DNA of 62,537 nt, filler included. It is 16 parts of 16 records of this genome, joined end to end, with 100 filler letters (N's around TTAATTAATTAA, not from the genome) between each part and the next. Parts side by side here need not be neighbours in the genome. Positions count along the whole stretch, not along the records: positions 33,300 to 36,897 come from SRR9188676_1898; positions 36,998 to 40,444 come from SRR9188676_1902; positions 40,545 to 43,135 come from SRR9188676_1916; positions 43,236 to 45,467 come from SRR9188676_1923; positions 45,568 to 47,880 come from SRR9188676_1926; 11 more parts are not named here. One strand, 5' to 3'. This document shows, piece by piece, positions 35,247 to 46,640 of this stretch (the stretch's first letter is position 1; each line of letters opens with the position of its first letter). A program made the position numbers and the translations under genes. The notes beneath the pieces are model-generated. The model saw nothing but the letters and a program-made list of their open reading frames with translations. It ran no database searches and was not told the origin of the DNA.

Positions 35247-36295
35247 ATGAAAATTCAATCAGACACAGCATGCACAAAGCGATGGAATTTAGCAGAAATA
35301 CGAACCGGTAATATTTCTAAACATATTCAACTCAATACATCAAGCTCCCCATGAGATCAAACACGAAAGTTGTATGCATCTAATGATGGACTAGATTTAT
35401 GTTGGGGTGGATTTACGGGTTTACGAATGTTCAATTGTTGGCCTTTTGGTAAGCAATGCCAGATTGGTCAATCGAATGACACAGCAGCCTTTGAGAAATG
35501 TGGATGGATTTTGAGAAATGGTGTTCGAATGAATCTTGATGCATCTGATGCAAACATTAACAAACTAATTCAAACATGTGGTGCAGCCGGCGAAATTCAG
35601 AATATTTATGCGAAATCGATAGGTACAAATACAGCGTTTGCACTCAAAGTTTAAATGCGTCAACAAATGTAATGAATACAAATATCACAAATGCACTTGG
35701 TGAGCATCAATTCAGTTTAGCGGGGACAAATACGATAAAAATTAATAGTACAGGATTAACGGTAAATAGTGCATCGGGTACCATATTTGTAAGTAAAATT
35801 GGTGCATCGACATCTGAGGGAATTACCTTTACTACAGTGACACCACAAAACATATCATTTTATGCAGGTTGAGTTCAAATTCTTGATTTGGATAGCTGGA
35901 ATGGGGGTGAAGCAAACTTATGTGAAATATTTTGCCTGCAGCAAATGGTGTTAGTGATATCGGTAATAGAGAATTAAGATTAGGGATGTATATCTAGTCA
36001 ATAGTCCGAATGTATTGTCTGATTCACGGTCAAAGACAAATATCACTAACTGTAATTTAGGTCTGAATTTCATCAATCAATTACGCCCTGCTGTATCATT
36101 CAATCTAAATGTCGATTCTGCTGATACTCTACTGAGATATGGTCTTATTGCACAAGAATTTCAGTCTGTGCTAGCATTAAATAACATTAGAGATTTCAAT
36201 GGATTAGTCATTCACCCACAGCCCGAACAGGAGAATGATATGATGAGCATACGCGCTATGACCAGATTGTTGTGTTGTGCTATCAGAGCTCATAG
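35247..36295 (+). pseudogene. Decayed viral-type fibre/tail gene with a C-terminal peptidase S74 (intramolecular chaperone) domain
   Basis: Intronless AT-rich Gly/Ser/Thr/Asn-rich frames broken by TGA stops (35352, 35870) and frameshifts. Reconstruction: P..NGVSDIG...R / DVYLVNSPNVLSDSRSKTNITNCNLGLNFINQLRP.VSF...RYGLIAQE...SIR/YDQI...AI.EL. Confidence 0.75.
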
Positions 36296-36504
36296 CTTGA
36301 ACCTTCCACGGAGGAGCAAAGGGTCATTTCAGGGACATTAGGGAGAATTCCTACTTGACGTATTTTCAGCTCAAACTCTTTACAGTAGTACTAGCTCTGA
36401 CTAGATGTCAAAAACATTGATCAACTCTCATCAAACGATGAATCGTCCCCTGAACGGGTTTGCGGATTGTTTCAAGTGAAAAAAAGAAAAAAGACTTGTC
36501 TTGT

Positions 36505-36718
36505 TTACTTGGTAATAGATGGAAGAGTCAGCGAAACATGAGGGGGCGGAGCAGGATCTTGGGGAGGAATAGGATGAATGCTCAGGAGGGCGGATGGATC
36601 GGGATCTTCAGCAGTTCGGAGATAGTGCTCCACTAGAGACTCCTTGGTTGCACCGGAATTAGAGCTTGTTCTTCTTGCTGACGGTGGGTAAAATATACCG
36701 GTCTTCAGAGTTTTTGCT
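36505..36718 (-). CDS. Probable terminal exon of an unknown host gene
   Basis: Open frame AKTLKTGIFYPPSARR...SLTLPSITK* downstream of intron-like sequence. No homology recognised. Confidence 0.3.
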
Positions 36719-37327
36719 TGCAAGAGCATGTCATTCAGACTAATAGTAGTAACACACGTACTAAATTCAGTTGTGCTGTGATACATGCGCTGAGGCCTCT
36801 GCAATTTCTATGGACGTCACGAAGCCACACATGTCGCACAAGAAACCGGTTTGGGTGCGCGGTTTGCACATGTGATCTGCCCTTGTTTCCAACTCTGNNN
36901 NNNNNNNNNNNNNNNNNNNNNNNNNNNNNNNNNNNNNNNNNTTAATTAATTAANNNNNNNNNNNNNNNNNNNNNNNNNNNNNNNNNNNNNNNNNNNNGAG
37001 GTCATCGTGGAGAGGATCAATGCAATATAGATGAACAGCTACTTAATGAAATGATCACATCGCCAAATGAACACTGACAGTTTTTTCAAGCACAATTCGA
37101 GGCTCATGTAAATATTGTTGCGACGAAATAACATCATCAGCATCAATTCCACTTGGAGTCGTACAGCGCTCAGATATGAACGGAAATTGTTCGCGAGGAG
37201 CAAGCTGACCATACGATTTCGTCGTGGAATATCCCTTGACCAAACACGGATAGAGGTATGGATAATTTGAAATGACATTTTCGATTTCTGAATCCTCTCA
37301 ATGGAGATTCTGATGTGACGTTCTTAC

Positions 37328-37756
37328 CCTTGTGTCATCTGAGTTTGAGTCATGCTATTCCGGTTCCGCTTCGATTGCTCCATTTTGACGAGGTTAAAGC
37401 CATAGTATGGTAGACGTTTCTCAACTTCAGGTAATAGAGAAGCCACTAGGCGACTTCTTTCCTTGGGAATTACATATTTTGTGAAATCTTCACGCTTGGT
37501 CGGAATCTGAGACGGATAATATGAGAAAAGATAAAAAAGAATTAGAAAGCAAACAATGATGGTCTACCTTATCCGCGTTTCGAAAGATTAAGAAGCGGAT
37601 CATCTTGGAAATTAATTCATCTCGCTCATCACTGCCCATTGAGGCGAGCGCTGCGGATTGAGAGTGCGATTGGGTGCCGGGTTCAACTGCAGTCTGCGCA
37701 GTCCATTCATCTTCGTCGTCATCATCAACTTTCCTCGCTCGCTTCTTGGGTGCCAT
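37328..37756 (-). CDS. NSMCE3: NSE3/MAGE-family protein (SMC5/6 subunit), 5' exons
   Basis: SQ/TQ-rich N-terminus, then ELISKMIRFLIFRNADK/IPTKREDFTKYVI...LPEVEKRL..YGFNLVKM, the first winged-helix of the MAGE domain. Confidence 0.7.
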
Positions 37757-37776
37757 TGAATTGAGATGAAAGGGAC

Positions 37777-37790
37777 TTTTGGCGGGAAAA
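37777..37790. promoter_or_regulatory. E2F/DP consensus site upstream of NSE3
   Basis: TTTTGGCGGGAAAA (TTTTCCCGCCAAAA on the gene strand) lies 20 bp upstream of the ATG. Confidence 0.65.
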
Positions 37791-38636
37791 AAAATCTGTC
37801 AATAATGAAAGATCTCTCAGGATCTATTGTTGTTGCATTCTTTTCAGACGAATTTGATCTTGTTTTCGGCCGATGATTCAGTCGTTAAATCGTAAATACT
37901 ACTCCGATCTAATAGCTGTATGTCTCTTTGAAAATCGGTCCCCGATTGAAGATAGTTCTGAACATCATCGCACGCATCTCGGTTGCATCTCGGACAATTG
38001 AATCACAAGTTCCAAGCGAGAATAGCGAAGACAGCAAAAGGTTATTGTCATCTGATCCGAACTCATGAGGAACATGGAATGAGATTTCAGTGAAATACGA
38101 TTCGAAACCGACAGTGTTTCTCATGTTTCTCAATCTTGATTAGCTCCAGGCGGATGAATTCGCTGAGAAAATCAAGTGGATTGAAAGTATTTTCTGTTTC
38201 CGTTGCGAATGGAATGATGATTCTCAATAGGACCAATTCGAGAGGTTTGCAGTTGACTCAAGTTCCGTTTTGCCTTGCAATCGCGATGATCTTCCTGCGT
38301 CGACTGGAATCCGTCTCGCTTGGAGAGACTTGTTAGAAGATCTGGCATTGAAACATAGAGGAACTACATAGTTCTTAATCTAGAGGGGGTCTTGCTCGAG
38401 CCTTCAACGTTCATCAAGAGAAAAACAGCAGGACCAAGGTTCAATGAAAAGCGTTGAATAAGTTTTTATTCGATTAGAGGTATGTAAATAATATATAGAT
38501 TTGATTAGAGATATGAGCATCCGAGTTAAAAGTCCAGATGGGTTCGATGAAAATCAGACATCATGGCTTGAAAAAATTAGGATCATGTTTAGGAGTATCC
38601 CTCGAGCGCACAAGTCCACGCGATAAGACGCTACAT

Positions 38637-39120
38637 CTAGCAGCACTTAGCACGACCGAGCACAGCGTCACGGAGAGGAGCAACCAGACCAACAACCTCA
38701 TCGATCAGGTCCTGGGGAACATTCAGCTCCTTAAGAGTTTCGATCAAGTTGCCGGCAGTTGCGTCAAAGTCAGCGTCATTCAGGCCTCGCTCGACAAGCT
38801 TGGCATGGGCAGCAGTCATGTTGCGGTCATTGTAGTTCTTGGGACCACCGAAGGCGAAGGTCAAGAAGTTGTCTTCAGAGAAAAAGATTCAAAGAGATCC
38901 AGTTAGCAACATGAAACCTGCAGGCGAAGAAATAACTAGTCTCAGTAAGAAAGAAGGGAAGGGAATACGTACTCATCTTGCGCTTCTGCGCGGTCATGTC
39001 CAAGCCCTGGAACCACTTGTTCACTCGAGGATCAGCGAGCATGCGGGCGTAGAACTTCTCCACGGCAGCATCCACAGCAGCCTGGCCACCGATACGTTCG
39101 AAAAGAGGAGCAGCAGACAT
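38637..39120 (-). CDS. Group I truncated (2/2) hemoglobin, 127 aa, one intron (38873-38972)
   Basis: LFERIGGQAAVDAAVEKFYARMLADPRVNKWF..DMTAQKRKM/NNFLTFAFGGPKNYNDRNMTAAHAKL...GLNDADFDA...L.ELNV. Tyr B10, Gln E7, Lys E10 and proximal His F8 are present. Exons of 148+236 nt give 128 codons. Confidence 0.95.
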
Positions 39121-40669
39121 TGTAAAGAGCTTGAGTAGTTCAGAAACCGCAGAAGTGAAGAACAGTGCGAGTTCAGCGACTTTTTGTACCACGAGCCAAC
39201 AGAAATCACATAATAGAACCGTTACTTTTTTCGAAATGGCACGAGAGCTTCACGAGAAAAGAGCCATTTTTGGACACTTTCCTCCTCTCTTTTGTTGCAT
39301 TGGGGGTAATAGGGCCCAAACGCTATTAGGGAAATCATTCTCTACCCCCGTGAACAAGGTATACGCAAAAGTGAACCTGCTCGAAAAAACAACACGCAGC
39401 GAAGAAAATCTTCACGAAATTCCCCTCGCAAATTCCGCGTTTCGCCGTTTCGCTTCTTGTCTCGCGTCCCCTATTATGGAGGGGGTTCAAGAATGTAGAC
39501 AGTGGGAATCAACTACTGATTCTTTCTTATGCTGTTTTATTTTGGATTGCTCTCTTTTTTCATTTGAGAAGCAAAATGTCTCGAAATCCTTCATGATCTG
39601 CTGGATGTACCTTACTCGAACAGAGTATCTTTCGGAGGCCTTTTCTGGCCGACATTCCAGTCCAGTCGATAAATGCAATCTTGAATTTGACTTGATAAAA
39701 ATGTCATCTATGGTCCAACTGGATCTTAGTTCAGATGGTTCATCATCGGTGATTGTACTAATTCGAGCAGGAATCTCTTACACATATATACTCCTGCGTG
39801 TAGTTGGCTTCTTATACCAGTACAGCTTAAAATATCATTTCAGGTCCTACTTTCATCCTCATCTCTCACCAATATCATCTTGGTGTCTTCCTGGAAAAAT
39901 AGAGGTAAGAAGTCGAGTACCATGATTCTAATTGAGAAAGCTTGAATATCCCACATCCCGGCAGCTCTTGATTTCATGTATTGACTCATGGAGTGACAGA
40001 AAACCCCTGACGGTCCTGGAATGGAGATGATGGTTTCCTTTATGTTCTGGAATGAGGCACTCATGTTGCTCTGGATATTCTTTCCATTTGTGTTTTTTTT
40101 TCTATTTACCTAGCTTAACTTCTCTAGCGAATGCCGTGTTGGTGGACATTGCCCATTATGGACTTATTTATCCTAGTCAAGCCAGATTTCCTTGTATCCA
40201 GATTTCCTTCTTTATTTTTCAAGCACCATATTCCATCAAGATGTTTTCAATAATAATAACCATATTCACACAGCCATTCATATACATCATATTCGAACAC
40301 TCTATACATTTCATGCATGTCATTATGTTATTGGATATTATACCCTTACTCATTAGAAGCTTATTATTGACTTTATTTTTTCTTTCACCTTTCATGATTC
40401 TTTTGATTTCAACTTGGATTATACGTCCATTTACATGTACAACANNNNNNNNNNNNNNNNNNNNNNNNNNNNNNNNNNNNNNNNNNNNTTAATTAATTAA
40501 NNNNNNNNNNNNNNNNNNNNNNNNNNNNNNNNNNNNNNNNNNNNGGGAGGGAGAGAGAGAGAGAGAGAATGTGTTAGTAGGTCACCCATTAAATAAATAA
40601 TTAAATAAAAAATCAATATTAAGTATTAAGACAGAATATGCCCAGTTGAATATAATCACACGTGGTATC

Positions 40670-41713
40670 TCCACCAACCGGATTATCGGCGGGAATATTG
40701 TCTGATCCACACCCACATTATTGCTCAGTCAGGTAATAAAAAATGAAGCTGATGGTGATTGTGTGGGAAGGAGGCAACAACAAAAGAGAGAATCGAGCTG
40801 CACTGCAAAGACATACCTTGCACAACATTCTGTGGTCGTGGCTGAACCTGTGCCTGTGTCTGTGGTGGTAGTGGCTGTGACTGTGTCTGTGTCTGGGGCT
40901 CAGTTGGGACAGGAGGGGACACAAAGACAGGGAATTGGGTTCGTCGAAGATCAGCCTCTGACACTTGCATTTGCTCTGAAGCAGAGAGAAAAGCATATCA
41001 GAGGTCGCAAATGAGATTTGTGACAGGAATATATACGAGGGATTCTGGACGGATCTCAAGCATCATCGATGTCGCAAATGAGGGTCAACAAACATCTGAC
41101 TTCCGTGTATATGAAGAAGAAAAAGCCTATGAAAAAAGGTAGAAAGAAAGGGTGATGAAAAAGTGAAAAAAGTGAGAAGGACAAAATGCCAGGAGCGATG
41201 GTGTTGTTTACAATATTGGTGGAAGGTCAAAGGGATTGTCTCATAAAGCCGGATCAGGAAGATTATGTAGATTCCATCGAAAAAAATGCAATCATGCTGT
41301 ATCTACATCACTTTGACAGTACCTGTTGGGGAATATTCGGGAAGGCAGAGCCAGAGGAAATCAACACTGTCCGCTTTTCTTTCAGGTGGCGCGAAGGGTG
41401 GGGGAATCAAAAAGTGTTTCTCGCCATTCACAAGAACGCGGCCGACCATGGATTTTTCGAAGAGCTTTTTCGAAACTAAATGAAATCGATCAAGATCCTT
41501 TGGATGTTGGGGCTCGAGACGAAGCCAGGCATGACTCTGTCTCAGTGGCTCAATCACTCGTTCTGTGACTTGAACGCGGTCAACAGCGCTCAAGTTTTGC
41601 GGAATGTGGCAGATTTTTGGCGCCTCAGCTCCTTGATAGATTAGCAATGAAGGGCACAGTTGCGATTCTCCAAGGGAGAACATCCCCATCCAGAGAATAT
41701 GACAGCCGTCCAT
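40670..41713 (-). CDS. Protein with a SPOC-like beta-barrel domain followed by Gln/Pro-rich exons
   Basis: ILWMGMFSL...LRLEPQHPKDLDRFHLVSKKLFEKSMVGRVLV....FLIPP resembles the SPOC pattern (W.G.L; F..L...L....AG.V; L.L.PP). Next exon PQTQTQSQPLPPQTQAQVQP. Confidence 0.45.
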
Positions 41714-42626
41714 TGCGACTTGTGTATTGTATATAATTAATGGCAATTAGACAATGACAGCCTCAATTTTTGGTCTCTGATCTGCGCGCTTCATGGTCAA
41801 GAGAAAGTGTAATTTCGGCTGCCGTCATCCTATCACGTCATTCTCAGAACATCCACTCTACACGGCGATGTTCTGCGAGTTTTTTTTGAAATATTCGTTC
41901 AATTTGTTGGCTTGAGTCTCTCCTTTATTTGTTCCGTTTTCCTTTTCTTTCAAGTGGGAACGATTTCCCCGATTTTCGATTCCGATCATCGATTTTGAGA
42001 GGATCGTTCGAGTTCATGAAATCATTGATGAGAATTGAGCGATTACTTTCAAGAATAGGTGGAATCATTTCTTACTTGACGATCTCAACAAGAGTTAGAT
42101 CCACAGAGCTTGTTCTTCCTGTCCTCGATGTTCCATTGCAAGATTGTCCCTCGTGCAGAGGTTCGATCCGTGTTCGGTAAATTCGTTTCTTCATTCCGTA
42201 GGATTTGCCATACCGAACTTGAGTGCCGAACCTGACCTCGGGAGACCTGAGTCTTTAATGCGATTGAGTCGATGATGTTGATGTTGATGATGATCAGATG
42301 TGGCTCCTTTGACTGCCGAACCAGACACCATCACGCAGGAATATCTATCATATTTTATTATGGAGCGAACTGCAAAGCGCAATTTGAATAATCATACGGA
42401 TATTTTGGGGGAATCAAGTCAGCAACATCATGATCAATCATCAATCTGATCAATCAATTGAAACAATTGAATTGTATGGTTCGGAAAAACGAAGAGACCG
42501 GGAAGATTAACAAAGAAGATCAATATAAAAAAAAATCCCGTCTGGAGATGGGAAAAGCGATGCCTAAACAAACACATGAAAAATATTGTGTAAAATACAG
42601 AAAGTCCCAGATAAAAAACAAATTCG

Positions 42627-43135
42627 TTAGTTTGTGCTTGGGCCAGAGGAGGATTGCAGGAACTCCCAGTTGCTAACCATCATCTTTTGCACACACAACA
42701 AGGCTTGCTTCGACACTTCCCCGTTCTGGTCAGAGAGAGAAAGATAGGAGGAGCGACTTCAGTTTCACAGAAGAAAAAGCAGGATATTGACGGCCAATCA
42801 TCATTTGATGACAACGAAATCGGATCAATCGATATTTTCACACCAGAAGGAACAGGGGAGTAATAGGAATGTATGTGAGAGAGGAAAACGCTCACCTCGT
42901 GGGTCATGAGAGTCATCAGCTTTTCCTTCGCGTCCAATTTCTACACGAAGAAGGGGATGGAGGAAGGGTGAGGCGAAAATTACATGTGAAGTGAGTTTCG
43001 AATGAAGTGTTTTTGACGATGCCAGGGGGAGGAAAGGCAGACGAAATACTGCATTATCAAGTCAACCCCACGACACAAAACTAATCAATTCAACTCAACG
43101 TCGATTAAAAAAGCTCATAAATTACCACAATCATT
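42627..43135 (-). CDS. ATP6V1H: V-type proton ATPase subunit H, last exons
   Basis: Exons 42896-42940 and 42627-42725 give [38 protein letters not shown], the conserved VMA13/subunit H C-terminus. Confidence 0.9.
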
Positions 43136-43260
43136 NNNNNNNNNNNNNNNNNNNNNNNNNNNNNNNNNNNNNNNNNNNNTTAATTAATTAANNNNNNNNN
43201 NNNNNNNNNNNNNNNNNNNNNNNNNNNNNNNNNNNGTGTGTGTGTGTGCAGACGCGTACA

Positions 43261-45326
43261 TCCTGAGCGGAAGCCTTGCTCGCGCCATGCTTCGTGTACT
43301 TGGATGATGCAGAGGGGTTCGATCTGGGCGGTGTGAGCGCGATGGCTACGAGCGTGCCCGCCGCCTCTCTCTCCACAGAGACATGCTTTGCGCCGCGATT
43401 TCGTTCCTCATACTCCTCATCATCAGTGCAGGCATCAGCACCATCGTGCACACTCACACGCATACCCTCGCCATTCACACCGCTATGATACTCATCGTTA
43501 TCCATGACATCGTCCCCGTCTCGGCAACCATCGGGCAGCTCATTCAGCGCGTTATTGTCTGTACTATGATTCTCGTTGACAGAACGGCGGCGAGACCGTT
43601 GGGAATTTGAGCTGTTTGTGCGCGCACGGGCACCATTTTGTACTTGCTGAAGATTAATATGAGCAGGGAGATGAGATTGAAGCTCATCGTTGGCCTCGTC
43701 ATCATCATCGGAGCTGTCAATCTGGTGTTGTGTGCGCTTGACTGCTCGCTTAGGTCTCGAGGTAGTATGGGTAGTATTAGAGGGGATGATAGATGCAGAA
43801 GAGGAGGATGTGGTAGTAGAGATAGGGTGGGCGCCTGCGGGACCCAAGGAAAGTCCATGCCCGTGTCCGTGGGTGTGGGTGGTAGTAGAGGTAGTGGTAG
43901 AAGAAGTGGTGATGGTTTCATCGGAATAGCGTGTCTTCGGGATGATGGGGCGGCCTGAGCGCGAGAATGCTGGAAGCTGAGGGAGCTGGCTTTGTGATTG
44001 GGACTGCGCCTGGGGCTGCTGCTGCTGTGTGAGAGGCTGAGCAAGGGGGTGGGTGCGAGGTGGCGTGCTGAGCGTGATGGTGAATGGGCACTCGCGGTCA
44101 ACGTGGGACAATCTGCAAACGGAGAGGGAGAGATTGGCAGAGATTAGGCGAGAAATGAAATATGTCGAACGTGAGGGTGAATGTAGCCTGATCATCGTTC
44201 TGGATGAGTGGGTTCAAAGAGTGGATGATAAATGCATGCTTACGGAGCAAACTTGGCACCACTGCCTGGCTTCCGTCCTCGAGGGCGTCCTACAGACAAA
44301 GAATGAACCAAAGAAGAAGAAAGGTTGAGCGACGAGCTATATACGCTCACACCAACTTATAGGGGGTGACATCAACAACAGCTTTAAAATAAAAGAAAGA
44401 TGGGAAAAGCCCAAACTAAAGCGATAATGATTATGACTCAATAATAATCATGTCGAGGAGAGAAAAAAGAGGAGACACGATGGTAGATGGGGCGGGGACG
44501 GGGTCGGAAAAAGACAAAGTAGTGGCTAAGCATACCAGGCTTAGCCTTCTTGCAACTCTTCGAGTCTTTGTCAGACATGAGGTCATCGTTCTCCTTGTCG
44601 CTATCAGCATACAGGCGCGAGTGCATGCCTGCGTTACGCGTGGCTATTGACCCACGAGGAGTCGGCCCCGAATTATCATTGGAGGCACTTTCAGTCCCCG
44701 GTCCAGGAAAAGCAACGGGTGGGTCATCCGCGGTGCTTTCGGTTTGCTCGGCCAGAGACTTGCACGTACTGGAAGCCGATTCGAGTTTCACCATTACAGG
44801 ACGGCTAGAGGTATTGCTGCTGCTGTTATTAATGGCAGAGAATGCCGACAGATAGGCATGGCCACTGCTGCTCGAGGGAGGAGGTAGTAGGGACATCGAT
44901 GTAGCAGATGAGGACGAGGAAGAATGCATTCCGATGGGCAGAAACCCGCGCAGGGATAGGGTGTGTGCTGAAGGTGGGTTGGGGAGGGCAATAGCAGAGT
45001 TGGACGTAGCGGTAGTGCTAGAAGAGGAAGAAGACGAGGGGCCGCCTGAGGGGCCTGAGGACCCAGGGGTTGGGGATGGACCGCGCGAGGAGGGGAGTGA
45101 GGAGAGCCCGCTGGACGTGCGGTGTAGCAGACTCATAGGCGGAATCATGCCGGAGGCGGCAGAGGAAGATGAAGAGGAGGAGTGTGCTTGCAGGTGTGCG
45201 GCCGCAGCGGCGTGTGCATGGGCATGGGCATGTGCCTGCGCTGCAGCTGCGATGCTGGACTGCGACAGGGGGGCCACTTTGCGCCGGATGCTCGAGTTCC
45301 AGTGATTCTTGATCGCGTTGTCCGTT
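43261..45326 (-). CDS. Myb-family transcription factor, region from the end of repeat R3 onward (both ends truncated)
   Basis: After the CAG acceptor at about 45327: TDNAIKNHWNSSIRRK (end of Myb R3), then Ala/His/Ser-rich tracts, a spliced PGRPRGRK AT-hook and an EAAGTL motif. Confidence 0.85.
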
Positions 45327-45994
45327 CTGTCCAGAGCCGAGCGAGATATGAGAGCATGAAAACATGAAAAACATCAAACGCCATGGATGATCGAAAGAGA
45401 TGTTCGCCGTGAATGTTATTTCACCGAAGTGAAGAAAGGAATATGTGAGAATTCCGACCAACCCCCCNNNNNNNNNNNNNNNNNNNNNNNNNNNNNNNNN
45501 NNNNNNNNNNNTTAATTAATTAANNNNNNNNNNNNNNNNNNNNNNNNNNNNNNNNNNNNNNNNNNNNGGTCATGTTTACGAGTAGACTGAATATGAATAA
45601 CTGAATTAAAAAAAAAGGGGGGGTCGTCAAGGAAAGCCGAATCTGTAATGCAATTTGCACCGACAGCCTCGATCCTTGCTCTCACTAGTCCATTCTCAGT
45701 AACTGCCGGGAGGGTAGATCTTGACGTTGGGAGGTGTGGATTTGTCCACAAAGAAGTGAGCCCATCTATGAATCTTTTGCTTCGTTTTTGCGTTCGTGTT
45801 CTTCATGATCTAGGGCATGACAAATGAATAAAAAACAAGAAGGGTTCAAGACCCGAGAGCGGCCGTTGACCGCGCGAGAAGGGGTCCCCTTCTTGATCGA
45901 TGAGGGAGTTTGTGGATTGAGCTTCCATTAATTAATGATGATGGAAGAGCCCTAAAGCGCATCTATTTTTAACGGGAGATGAAAAGAGAATCGC

Positions 45995-46640
45995 ATACCA
46001 AGCGGCTCAAAGAGGACTTGGCAAATGCGGGAAACGAGGATGCAATGCTCGCGGTGGATGATGCAATTGAGGCTGGAGTGATGCTCCCAATGGTATCAAT
46101 AGTGCTTCTGATTGTGTTATTCACATTTGCCACGACCGATTGCCGATTTACGCGTCGAAAATTCCCAGTCGTCAAAGCCCAGATATAGGCACATAGCGGT
46201 ATGAGACTAAGCTTGGGCAATGACACAAGCGGTAATATAAGAGTTTCCAGAAGGAATTGTGATGACTGTTATTTCAAAATAAAATAAAAATAAAAGAAGA
46301 ATTAGCGACGATGTTGCATCTGATGGAGATGGATCTTACCCATAAGATGACCGGAATCAGGAGAAATGAAAACGGGGTACTACTATATCGAGGAGGAGGA
46401 GGTCTACTAAACCACTTCTGACAGAGTGCGTCTAACACTGATGTAATAACCCAGAAAATGATTCCCATGATTATGAAGAAGAAGATGAAACACCAAAAGA
46501 TGAGGCGGGTCGCGATTTCCAGTCCAAGTTGCTGAAATGTAACAGAATTAAAAATAAAAAGCGTCAATAACATGACCTCCATATTCTGGAATTCTGAGAG
46601 TGTACCTGAGTGACGCACATGAATAGCAGAATGAGAGAAA
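45995..46640 (-). CDS. Putative multi-exon membrane protein of unknown function
   Basis: Hydrophobic exons (LIFWCFIFFFIIMGIIFWVITSVL; FSFLLIPVILW; LILPLVSLPKLSLIPLCAYIW) bounded by GT-AG sites. No family recognised. Confidence 0.35.

Noticed and set aside
36015-36295. Host MYRF/MrfA-type transcription factor as the source of the S74 domain
   Set aside because: No NDT80-like domain or introns; upstream sequence is fibre-like and the frame is decayed.
39131-39925. 264-aa ORF divergent from the globin
   Set aside because: TTG start, spans the globin promoter, and has non-protein-like composition.
39500-40444. AT-rich, stop-riddled coding-like sequence as a transposon relic
   Set aside because: No transposase, reverse transcriptase or terminal repeat motif could be identified by eye.
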